DNA from: Octopus vulgaris
Lineage: Eukaryota
Length of the DNA: 64,000 bases
Assembly: GCA_951406725.2 (NCBI GenBank)
Contig: OX597823.1
Coordinates: 35,526,001-35,590,000 of the forward strand
Direction of reading: 5' to 3'
Below, piece after piece: positions 26,031 to 37,304 of the stretch (the stretch's first letter is position 1; each line of letters starts with the position of its first letter). The notes beneath the pieces are model-generated. The model did not search any database and was not told the DNA's origin. It saw only the letters and a program-made list of their open reading frames with translations. A program made the position numbers and the translations under genes.

Positions 26031-27734
26031 TTATTATGTTGGAATGTCTGGAAACATTTATACACGTGTATACAATGTGCAGGAACGGCAATCCATGAAT
26101 CTTCAAAACGGAACAATTATTGAAACTCTACAAAGTTCAGGGCAAGTCTACAATGGAGTATTGCTCTCACAGAAAAGGGAATACGTTTCATTGTCATAAA
26201 GTCACTCAGAACGCTTTAACTTCTTGCTCACAGGTATCCTGTCCTCTCTATTTTTCTCCCTCTGTTCCTTTCTTATTTTCTCTCTTATCTTTTCTTCAAT
26301 GGCTTCTGCTTCTTCAAGGAGTTACATTCATGTCACTTCTACTCAGGCATCTCTGTCTTCCTTGTCTCTCCTCTCTTTATATTCTGTTTTCTAAGATCAC
26401 CTTTCCACTGAAATCTCCCGTCTCACATCTTTCCTGTTGGTGTTGGTTTTCAAAGATTCAGGAGGAACATTAATGGAATCCGTCTCATCAGATTAGGTGT
26501 GTTTGCGACAACCATGGTTATCAGACCCAGCAAAGAAAGATGTTCTGCTTGCAAAGACATTCTAATTGATATTTGGTATTTAGGAGTATCCTGGAAAGTT
26601 TGGGGTGAGGGAGAGGGAGAGAAGGAAGGAGAAAGAACAGAAAAGAGACGAGGCCAGAAGACTTAGTTGTATACTAAATGAGCAAAAGATCTTAACGGTT
26701 TTAATATTCCCGAAGGATGTTTTTAATTTGCTAGAGAAACTTTTAGGGAAAGTAACGATAGTGAGTGAACGTCAACCAGTTTGGTAAGTGCAATTTTGGT
26801 ATCGTAAGTAGTTGTATTGCATTGCTATATGAACGACTTCACTTCATCGATTCTAAATGTTTGGCTTAATTTATGTCTTGTGGACTTGTAGACTTTGGTT
26901 ATATTTTGAATATGGCAAAGGAGCATTTCCTCCATCCACTTAGCTTATTTGATAGGGTCAGAGATGAGCACCAACGCGCAATGATAAAAATTGTACACGC
27001 GGTGACAGGAGATAAGAATCTAGAAAGTTTCGGTGTTCAATTTCTCTCTTAACCAGAAAATAATTTTAACAAATATTTTCGCCTAATTACCGTGTTTCAC
27101 GCCACTGATATTGAAACCATCTGCCACACAACCAGACTCTTCTTTTAATTCAATGTGAATTCGAGAGAACAATACAGTTTGAAGATAAAGTGATCATTAC
27201 AAATAGATAAAAAGTTTTCCAAATTCGGAATATTCCTAAAACTATGTATTTTTTTACAAACGCGTTCTTATCACATTTCATAAATGTTCTTTATCGTACT
27301 TTTCACTTCTTGTGCGATTTAATGTACCATTTGGGATTTTAGTTTATTCCTAACATACGAAACACGGAATAAATACTTCTTTATCTTGCAACAATCAACT
27401 TGTGTTACTAACTCCACCATTCAGACAGATTTTCTCTTAGAAAATTAACTGAAGAAACCAGGGCATAGAATGAAATCACACGTTTATAAAAACAATGGAA
27501 ACAATTCTCATTTCAGTTTATATCTTACAAGTTATTACCACTTCGTGCCTTGATGAATGGAGCTGTAGATGGCTAAGGCACCAATGTATCCACAGTTCGT
27601 ATCACAGGACTAATTCGGCGTATATATATTGTATATAGCTATCACATAAACTACTTCTGAGTACAATATAATTTATGACAGATTCTTTGAATTGCAGATC
27701 TGCTCTGTAATCTCTATAATAAAGATGAACGCCC

Positions 27735-27791
<57 letters not shown>

Positions 27792-28662
27792 TGTGTATCT
27801 GTCTGTCGATTTATAGGAAGAAAGGCTGGAGCATCTACGTAGAAACTAAAAGTTGATTCTTGTGTAAACTTTTTCGAAGACAATGGAATTGGTCCCGATT
27901 CTTTAGAAGCCCTCTAATGGAGCTACAGGTCCTTTTCCAAAATGTTGCACATAGTGCAGTCCACCCCGCCAAAAAAAAAGTGACCGGTCTAAGGGTAATA
28001 ACTAAATAAAACTTCGAGGAAAACTAAAAATGTACTATGATTTATTAAACTTCAATATTACAACCAACAAAAATACAAATAACGTTTCTTAGTCGAATAT
28101 ATTATGATGTAGACAATGGTTGCGCGAAGGACAGTTTAGAAGCGTATCCTTCATCCAAAAGTTGTTCACTTTTTAACAGTGAATGTTTTTACAACATTTA
28201 ACATTATTGGAAAGCTGTATTTCAAGTGTTCACATGAAGTGAAAATTTTTTCTCATTCTGAGAAGTATAGTTTGGTTACGTATCCTGCCACCAAAAGTCG
28301 TTCGCTGTTTGTAAATAGTGTGTCTTTTTACAACTACGTTGGAAAGCTCTATTTCAAGTGGAGCAGTCCAGGTTCGAATCGGAGTACCATAGGACTTGTA
28401 TAATGTTTAATGTTTATTGCATGTTATTGTATTTAAGAGGCTTAACGCCCTAATTCTTAAATGGACTATTAGTCCAAAAATTGTAAAATTGAAGTAAGAC
28501 GTTCATTACCTTGTTTTGTCTTTTTCTGTGAAAAAAAGAAGAGAATAATATTTAATGTCTTCTCCCATTAATATCATCCTTTTCATCATTCACCTCATCA
28601 ATGTCTTTGTCCAGTCCGCAAGCTACTCTGCATCATGCCTTTATGGCAAAATTTTTGAAATA

Positions 28663-29056
28663 AAGTAGCATGCTTACCAACCAAATGGTTCTGGGTTCAG
28701 TCCCACTGCGTGACACCTTGGACATGTGCCTTCTACCATAGCCTTGGGCCGCTCAAAGCCCTGTTTGTGAATTTAGTAGACAGAATCTGAAAGAAGCCCG
28801 TCGTATATACGTATATGTATATATATATGTGTATGTGTTTGTGTGTCTGTGTTTGTCCCCCAACATCGCTTGACAACCGGTGCTGGTGTGTTTATGTCGA
28901 CGTACCTTAGCGGTTCGGCAAAATACACCGATAGAATAAGTACTAGGCTTCCAAAGAATAAGTCCTGGGTTCGATTTGCTCGACAAAAGGCGGTGCTCCA
29001 GCATGGACGCAGTCAAATGATTGAAAGAAGTAAAAGAGTAAAAGAGAGTAAAAGAG
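28663..29056 (+). mobile_element. SINE family A copy
   Basis: Aligns by eye to the 1986-2345 and 33189-33652 copies. Tail (gagtaaaa)n. Confidence 0.88.
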
Positions 29057-29065
29057 TTCTTCATG

Positions 29066-29840
29066 TCCTCATAGTTCACCACTAGAGCGCTGGGTTCGAA
29101 ATTTACCTCGGGCCCCAGTGGGTTTATATCTGATGGGTAAGCCTCTTTTAACTTCCTATACTTATCTTTTTCCATTAAAATCCATCTCGTCTCCTTATAG
29201 CAACCCTCCGAAAGGTCCACTTTAACAATGTCTTTCATTTTAGTTATTTTCCTTTCTATTTTTTGTGTCGACCAATAAATTATCAGATATATTCTGTTCG
29301 TTCCTGTGTACCTCTTGCGTCTGTTTGTCTGTTCTTTTTTGTTTTTGTGACTTTGCTATGATGTGTCTCTTCTTGTATATGAAAGATATTGTTAAAGTGG
29401 AACTCTCGGAGGGTTACGATAAGGAGACAAGATGGATTTTAATGGAAAAAGATAAGTATAGAAAGTTAAAAGAGGCTTTCCCATCCGATATAAACCCACT
29501 GGGGCCCGGGGTGAATTTCGATCCCAGCGCTCCAGTGGTGAACTATGAGGAAATTAAGAACTATATAAAATGGTAAGTAAAGTACTATTTTGAAAATAAC
29601 TGTTGAAATAATTTTGAAAAGAACTGTAGAAATAATTTTGAAAACACTTTAAAGATTGTTAAAATAAGTTTGAAAAGAACTGTTGAAATTATTGAAATAA
29701 CGTAACCACCCCGGAGCGGGGCTGGGGTGGCCGTTCCATCTTCATTGCATAATTTCACTATTCCATTCTTTCATGTGTTGATTGTCCCCGCATGAGTGTA
29801 TTGTCCCATCTGTGTTTAGTTCCTTGTGGGTAATAAATAA
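29066..29840. mobile_element. Retroelement-like 3' end containing a 173-bp inverted duplication of coding-like sequence
   Basis: 29066-29238 is the reverse complement of 29379-29551 (13 differences). Followed by about 24-bp tandem repeats (29588-29700) and ccttgtgggtaataaataaa, a tail similar to 18510-18535. Confidence 0.6.
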
Positions 29841-29996
29841 ATCAGTTGCTAGGTTTACTTATTTTCCCAATAAAAAGTTCAAATAAATGTTTTACTCTGT
29901 TACTGCCTTTACAAAAAATATATATATATTCCTTTTGTTTTACTTGTTTTACTGTATATATATGCATATGTATATATGGATATGTGTATATGTATG

Positions 29997-30061
<65 letters not shown>

Positions 30062-30184
30062 AAAGGCGGGCAATTTAAACTGGCCGTGTGCATACGTGCA
30101 TATATATGTATGTATACGTTCGTATATGTAAGTATATCGTATGTTGTATATATATATATATATATTTATGTACTATCTAAGTGT

Positions 30185-30243
30185 ATTCCACTGATGAAGG
30201 CAAAGCATTTCTTATGCAAATCCAGAAATCCGGGATCTGGGAT
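30185..30243 (+). ncRNA. Type I hammerhead ribozyme (minimal, PLE-type)
   Basis: Stem I attcca/tgggat, core CTGATGA-a, stem II gg..gcat ttctt atgc..cc, a-GAAA, short near-palindromic stem III atc cgg gat, cleavage triplet ATC. Confidence 0.68.
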
Positions 30244-30478
30244 TATCCAGTAATTTTTTGCTAGTTTATTTTGTCTCTTTGTCTTCTCTCCTGGTGCTAT
30301 ATGAACATTTAATGTGGTTTTAGAGTCAAGTTTTGACTGCTATTTCCAACGTGAGGTGTCTCTTGGATACCCTAAATTATAATTTTAAATAATTATTACC
30401 TTTGAAAGGTTTTTATTCCCATGCTGGCCACCTGATAAGATCGGTATTTAGATATCGATCTGATCCTTATTTATATAA

Positions 30479-30540
<62 letters not shown>

Positions 30541-30543
<3 letters not shown>

Positions 30544-30835
30544 CCTTTCAGTCATTTGAATGCGGCCATGCTGGACCACTAACTTGAAGAGATTTTAGTC
30601 GAACAATTCGGCCCCAGGAGTTCTTTCTTAAGTCTATTATTCTACCGGTCTTTTTTCCGAACTACTACATTATGAGGGCGTAAACATACCAACACCGGTC
30701 GTCAAGTAGTGAGGGGTAAACACACACACACACACACACACATAGACACACACACACACGGCTTTTTCCAGTTTCCGTCTACCAAATCCACCCACAGGCT
30801 TTGGCCGGCCCGAGGTTATAGTAGAAGACACTTGC
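30541..30835 (-). mobile_element. SINE family A, 5'-truncated
   Basis: Reverse complement of the family A body and tail (cagtcatttga.tgcggccatgctgga, gtttccgtctaccaaatcca). Confidence 0.85.
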
Positions 30836-30849
30836 AGTAAAATGTGACA

Positions 30850-31655
30850 ACCGATGCAAACTTTGTGGAGTTAACACTGAAGATATCATTCACATAATAA
30901 GCAGTTGTCGGAAAATGTCATCACGGTATTATCTACCGATGATATATGAAATTGTAGCTTGGATACTCTCTAATGAAATCCTTCGGAAGGATAATCCGAG
31001 GACACAGAAATAAGAACCCACAGTATCGTAGAAACCATATAATAAAAAGGAGCACTGGAATGTCCCAGTGAAGACCTCAATAAAATGTAAGCACAACAGA
31101 CCTGAAATACTGATTTGGGATAGAGAAAAGAAACTGTATACAATTGTTGAAATTAGCTGCCCAGCGGATGTTAACATAAAACTGAAGATCAGTGAAAAGG
31201 AGAATACCTACGCTAAAACTATTGAGAAATCCGCGTTACTCTATCCAGTTTACAAACTTAGGTTTATACCTGTAATTATTGGGGCACTGAGATATGTAAC
31301 ACACTGCCTAAATACTAATCTTGAGAAGTTAGGCTTCTCAAAACCAGAAAAGAGAAATCTAATTCGAAGACTACAGATTCAATCCATCACTGGAACTGTA
31401 AAAACCTGTAAAACTTTTCAGAAGTGTATTATTTAAATATATATGAACATATCTAGATATGCAACTATATGCATGAGAATACATATATACAAAGCAAAAC
31501 ATACAAATATGCACATATACAAACATACGAACAAAAATACCCTGTTGTTGATGTAGAAATTCCAATGAAGGAACCTTGAATCTAGGTTAGAAACCAGCTC
31601 TTTCTCTATTGGAAAGAAATCCTGAAATACAACTGAACAATGATATACATACATA
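30850..31655 (+). mobile_element. 3' end of a second REL-type LINE family
   Basis: KHNRPEILIWDREKK..TIVEISCPAD.N...KISEKENTY and FIPVIIGAL match PD-(D/E)xK REL endonuclease motifs. Upstream RHG/HD remnant. Ends in tacatacata. Confidence 0.82.
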
Positions 31656-31759
31656 GAGAGAGAGAGAGAAACTCACAGGCAAATTGTTAGATAGAAAAAT
31701 AGATTTATACATACATACATACATACATACATACATACATACATACATACATACATACA

Positions 31760-32072
31760 TAAATGGGCACTCCGTCGGTTACGACGACGTATGTTCCCGT
31801 TGATCCAAACAACGAAGCAGCCTCCGTGAAATTAATGTTCAAGTAACTGAGCACCCCAATGACACGCGTACACTTAACATAATTCTGAAAGAAATTCAGC
31901 GTGACACAAAATATGACAAGGCTGGCCATTTGAAATACAAATACAACCCATTGTTGCAAGCTGAGTGGATGGGGGGGGGGGAGATGTCAACGTGAAATAA
32001 AGTGTCTTACATAAAGGCACAACACGACACCGCGTGTCAGCCGAATACCCTGATCAATAAGCCACGCGCCTT
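31760..32072 (-). mobile_element. SINE related to family B with a different 3' tail ending in (ATGT)n
   Basis: Shares aacgtgaaataaagtgtctt...cacaac and agctgagtg with family B. Head aaggcgcgtggctt. Confidence 0.7.
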
Positions 32073-32135
32073 CACGAACGCATACATACATAGACAGACA
32101 GGAAGGCAGGAAGACAGACAGACAGACAGACGGAC

Positions 32136-32194
<59 letters not shown>

Positions 32195-32272
32195 CAGTTG
32201 AAATGTTGATCTCTATTGGACCAATATTCACTTTTCTGTCTAAATTATACTAATAGAAGTATATTTGCCACT

Positions 32273-32385
32273 TAAATGTGGCTAACCCTTAAGGGTTGAT
32301 GCTACTGTAGTTTGTAGCCCAGGAATACATCTCCAGCTGGCTACAAGCTACTGTAGCATCAACACTTAAGGGTTAGCCGCATTTA
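32273..32385. repeat. 47-bp-arm inverted repeat (hairpin)
   Basis: 32273-32319 versus reverse complement of 32339-32385: 4 mismatches in 47. Confidence 0.93.
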
Positions 32386-32960
32386 TGTGTTTATACCTCG
32401 CTCAGAGATTTATTGTATTAATAGAATGCAGTAGGAATGCTGAATGAAGAAAGTTTTGCTTTCACTAGTCATTATGGGATACCTTATATCTATCAGCTAG
32501 ATATATATCGCTGATTATTTCTTCTCCATTTACATCATAATAAAATCTGATTATACCATCAGAAGACGCTTTGAAGTCAGCAATATTCAAGATGGTTATT
32601 CTCGAGTGGAATGAAGCAGTGATGAAAGAGAAGTTCTTAATTCTTTAATTTCATTTTCACACTATATCAGGCTTACTTACCATTACTGTTCAAATACTGA
32701 ATCGAGCGAAATTAGCACGCTTTAAACGCTTAGTAAATTTTCACTAGTCTCTCTTTCCTCTTTTTCACATCTCTCAGTAATGTGTGTATGTATAATTCAA
32801 TAAGACTCGAAAATCGATTAAGGTTGTCCATCATATTCACGATCTACGGAGAAACAACTGTGTATAAAGGCACTGTACAGGTTACATATATATACATGAA
32901 TACACCCCCACACATATATATGTATATGTATATATATATATATGTACATATATGTATATA

Positions 32961-33030
<70 letters not shown>

Positions 33031-33188
33031 TATATACATACATATTTGTAAATATATATATGCATATATATAAGTGTAAATATATATATATACGTACTCA
33101 TACACACACGTGGTAAGATTTGTTGGATTAAAGGCGGTGCTCCAGCATTGCCGCTGTCAAATGACTGCAACAAATAAACGAGTAAAAG

Positions 33189-33356
33189 GGCTGTGTGGCA
33201 TTAGCTTGCTTACCAACCACATGGTTCCGGGTTCATTCCCATTGCGTGGCACCTTGGGCAAGTGTTTTCTAATATATCCTCGGGCCGACCAAAGCCTTGT
33301 GAGTGAATTTGGTAGAAAGAAACGGAAAAAACCCGTGGTATATATGTATGTATATA

Positions 33357-33436
<80 letters not shown>

Positions 33437-33652
33437 TGTGTCTGTGTCTGTGTTTGTCCTCCCCTCCAACATCGCTTGACAACCGATAGTGGTGTGTTTA
33501 GGTCTCCGTTACTTAGCGGTTCGGCAAAAGAGAGCGATAGAATAAGTACTAGGCTTCCAAAGAATAAGTCCTGGGTTCGATTTTCTCGACTAAAGGTGGT
33601 ACTCCAGCATGGCCGCAGTGAAATGACTGAAACAAGTAAAAGAGTAAAAGAG
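33189..33652 (+). mobile_element. SINE family A copy, preceded by a tail fragment at 33105-33188
   Basis: Full family A layout with an expanded internal (TG)n. Confidence 0.9.
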
Positions 33653-34045
33653 TATATATATATATATATATATAAACATCATTCTTTTATACAAATTTGG
33701 CCCTGACGAGGCTTGAGACCGCTGCAGTGATAGAGACTAGAAAGAGGAAAAAGAAGGGAACTCCAAATCCAAAAGAATATCATAAACTAGAGGACAAATA
33801 GCATTAAAATTATGACGAACAAGAAGCTCATCAGAGAAATGTTACGCTAGGGAAGAAAAGCGGGTGACATATTTAAATGCTTTGACAGAGGTTACAAAAC
33901 CAGAAAGTTCATCACAGCAATGACCATAGAAATTCTTCTAGAAAAGGTACATATATATTACAGTTCTATATTTAAGAGATGAGGAATTATGTATATTATT
34001 TACATTATTTACATTTGACGGATATTTGTCCTCATCTTTGTTGTT

Positions 34046-34091
34046 AACACAACATTTCGGCTGATACACCCTCCAGCCTTCATCAGATGTC
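34046..34091 (-). ncRNA. Minimal type I hammerhead ribozyme in PLE 3' region
   Basis: gacat CTGATGA a ggctg gagggtgtat cagcc GAAA tg TT gtgtt. Stem I gacat/gtgtt, perfect stem II ggctg/cagcc, stem III reduced (tg is likely decayed cg, which the 61 kb copy has). Confidence 0.7.
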
Positions 34092-34151
34092 TTGGGAAAA
34101 CTTCGAACCTGCGTTCTCATTGCTAAGGTATTTTTCAATATTATTATTATT

Positions 34152-34218
34152 TGCCTGAAATCGGACTCGGAATCTTGGGGTTAGTAGCCCACGCTCTTAA
34201 CCACTACACTATCTGCCC
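34152..34218 (-). promoter_or_regulatory. tRNA-Ser-like segment with Pol III A and B boxes inside the PLE 3' UTR
   Basis: gggcagaTAGTGTAGTGGttaagagcgtgggCTACTAAccccaagattccGAGTCCGATTTCaggc. A box, a CT-ACT-AA loop resembling tRNA-Ser(GCT) ggactgctaatcca, and a B box (gaattcgattcc in the 61 kb copy). Confidence 0.7.
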
Positions 34219-36596
34219 GTGGGCAATTATGGAGTGAATTTTAGGGCTTAGAAATCTAATATTTTCCTATCGTTTCTTATTACCTGTTCCCATATGCTAT
34301 TTATATCTGTACTAGGTCTGCTTAGTACGTTGTTGTGTCCTAGTATAAGTGCTGCTTCTTTTAGTTTTCGTATTTTCCTGTGGTGTTCTTTATTTCAACT
34401 TCATCCCACAGGAGGAGGTGGTCGTCATATGGGCCGCCATCTTTTGTATCTTTTCGGAGAGGCCTTTCAGATAGGGTAGACAAACTGTGGACAGTTTATT
34501 GGTTTCATCCGCTCTTTTCTTCATAATTGGAGTAGATAGTATGTTTTGGGGGTAGATGTTGCTTAATAGATTGTTACTGAGCTTGATCATTTCTTCGTGG
34601 TGTGTATCACGATCGCTACTTATATTCTTCGCTCGATGTTTTTGGCTCTGAGCAATCCCTCTCTTTACACTGTATGGATGGTGAGAATTGAAGTTGAGGT
34701 ATCGTCCAGTGAAGGTCGGCTTGCGATATACGGATGTCCTGAATCCATACTTGGTGCTTGTTATTAATACGTCCAGGAATGCTAGCTGATTGTCTTTTTC
34801 CTTTTCCATTGTGAACTGTATGGGTGGCTTTATTGAGTTTATATGATCTAACGGCATTTGGACATCTTCCTGGTGGAGCCAGAGTATAAATGTGTCATCA
34901 ACGTATCGCAGCCATTGGGTTGGTTTTAGTGGTGTTGATCCTAAAGCCAAATTCTCCAAGTATTCCATGCATATATTGGCTATTATCGGTGATAATGGCA
35001 AACCCATAGCTGAACCCTCTTTTGTCGATATATATTAGTGTCCATACTGAAGTAGGTAGCTTCTACACAGATTAACATTTCCATTAGGTTTCTTATTGGT
35101 ATACTAGTGCGTTCTTTTAGACGGGTGTCTATCACTAGTTTTTCTTGCATCATCGATAGTGCTTCACTAGTTGGGACTTTGGTGAACAGACTTATCACAT
35201 CTAGAATCACCATCTGGTTGGATTAAATGAGGGTATCCTTGATCAATTCTGTGAAGTGGGTAGAATTCTTCACGTATGATGTTGACTTTCCTTCTAATTG
35301 ACAAGAAAGCGGCTCAGTGGATGACATGCTGAACTTCTACAGCTCACTATATGTCTTTATGGAATACCATCCTTAAGGAGACCGTACATGTGTGGTAGTT
35401 TACTGTAGTGTTGACTTAGTTGTCTGTACTTTATTGGTGTAAAGGGATCCTTGTTCTTGATCAAGATCTGTTACAACTTCCTCTCTGCTTTCAGAGTTGG
35501 GTCGTTCTTTACTTTGCTGTAGCTAACATCACTTATAAGACTTGCCAATTTTTCCGAGTAGTCAGACCTGTTCATCACTACTGTAGCATTTTCTTTGTCC
35601 GCTGGAAGTATTATGATGTAATTATCACTCTGTAGTCTTTTGATAGCGACCTTTTCTTCCTTAGTGATGTTTGGTTTGGGAAGTTTCGCTTTTTCTAGTA
35701 CCTGTCTCACTTTCCACCTTAGTTCATGTCCCTGAGCTTTTGGCATCTTTATGGCTATCACTTCAATAGGGGGTTTATGTCCAATTATGGAATGCACTTG
35801 ATGGTTGTTGCAAAGCTGAGACCATTGTTTAGTACCGCTTTTTCAGATCTTTCTAGATGTCGGCTACTTACATTAATTACTGCTTTCACAGGTGGGTGAC
35901 GGACTTCAGTTTTCATTCTCTGACCTTTGAGTTTCATAGACTTCTTAATCTGGCGTGTCTTCACCATTTCAAATTCTTTCATGTGCGACTTTTCTAGATA
36001 TTGCTGGATTCTCTTTCTATCATTATCTCTGGATATTTTCCTAAGTGATGAAGACAACCTCTCTTTGATTTCGTTGTTTAGTTGATGTTTTTTTCTAACG
36101 ATTGTAATGGATCCTCTCACGGACGAGATCATATCCTGCCCTTTCCGCTACTCTTCTATCTTTATATGAATCCACTGGTGTCATTATATTCAAGCCAGGT
36201 GGTATTAGCTTTGAGTCTCTACATCTACACAGGAAAGTTAGAAATATTAAATATTTCTTCAGACCTGCTACTACCTATACACCGAGTCTTCACAAAAGTA
36301 AAAGAGAAAGAGAGAAAAAAAGAGAGAGAGAGAGCGAGACAGACAGACAGACAGACAGACAGAAAAAGCGAATATGTCCCAAGTATTTGAAAACTATGGA
36401 AATATTTTTAAAAAAGCATTTCATTTAATTTTTCCACAATTTAATTATTTTTCATGCTTTACTCTAAGTTGAAAAAGTCGTAAAGATTGAAACCGGTATT
36501 AAAATATTCTTCACGATAAAACTATTTTAGCATTTTCTACCTTCTCCTATTTTCCTTATACATATCAATTTGTGTCTTACTTTCCAACCTTCTACA

Positions 36597-36706
<110 letters not shown>

Positions 36707-37093
36707 TGAATGTTATGATACTCGAGCAAGTATATTTACCTTTATATTTATAAAATATATAATATATATTTATAAAATATACCATGGATCTTAAAGCAGT
36801 TTTTCAGAACCTGTTCCTGTGTTACATATATATTTTTTAAAACAAGAACGCTGGACAATATGAAAATAAGAAGAAAAAAAAACGTGAAGTTTGGTGCAGA
36901 AAATGGAACGAGGAGAAAGCGAAATTAAGAACTATGGTCCTTGTCCTCCCTCATTGCAGAAAGCTCATTAAATACAATTGGTTTAGAACAAGATAACAGA
37001 AAACATGTCAAAGCTTGCGGGGCAACAACTCAATCCGGATCGGTTGGTGCCCTCCAATAAGATAAAAATAACTTGGCCATGAGTCTGCACCTG

Positions 37094-37171
<78 letters not shown>

Positions 37172-37221
37172 CAGACAGACAGATAGGAGCATATATAATA
37201 TTTATGTTTGTATGCATGTAT

Positions 37222-37268
<47 letters not shown>

Positions 37269-37304
37269 GATATATGTATGTATATATATTATATCATATA
37301 TATG

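Larger units (their letters stand above)
33961..36300 (-). mobile_element. Penelope-like element (Penelope/Poseidon-type RT) with deleted GIY-YIG core and 3' tRNA-like + hammerhead cassette
   Basis: ILPADK.NATVVM, YGLLK, LDVISLFTKVP, MGLPLSPIIANI, WLRYVDDTF, FTMEKEKDNQLAFLDVLI, VYRKPTFTGRYLNFNSHHP. C-terminus WDEVEI/KEHHRKIRKLKEAA...IW ends at a stop at 34248-34250. Confidence 0.93.

Noticed and set aside
26440-26495. Minus-strand CTGATGA...GAAA
   Set aside because: Stem II is poor and there is no NUH site with a stem I partner.
27955-28400. Possible Tc1-like or MITE end with an internal repeat (ggaaagct.tatttcaagtg twice)
   Set aside because: No partner TIR or transposase motif found.
33698-33745. 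CTGACGA...GAAA as a hammerhead
   Set aside because: No stem II closing next to GAAA and no stem I or III pairing.
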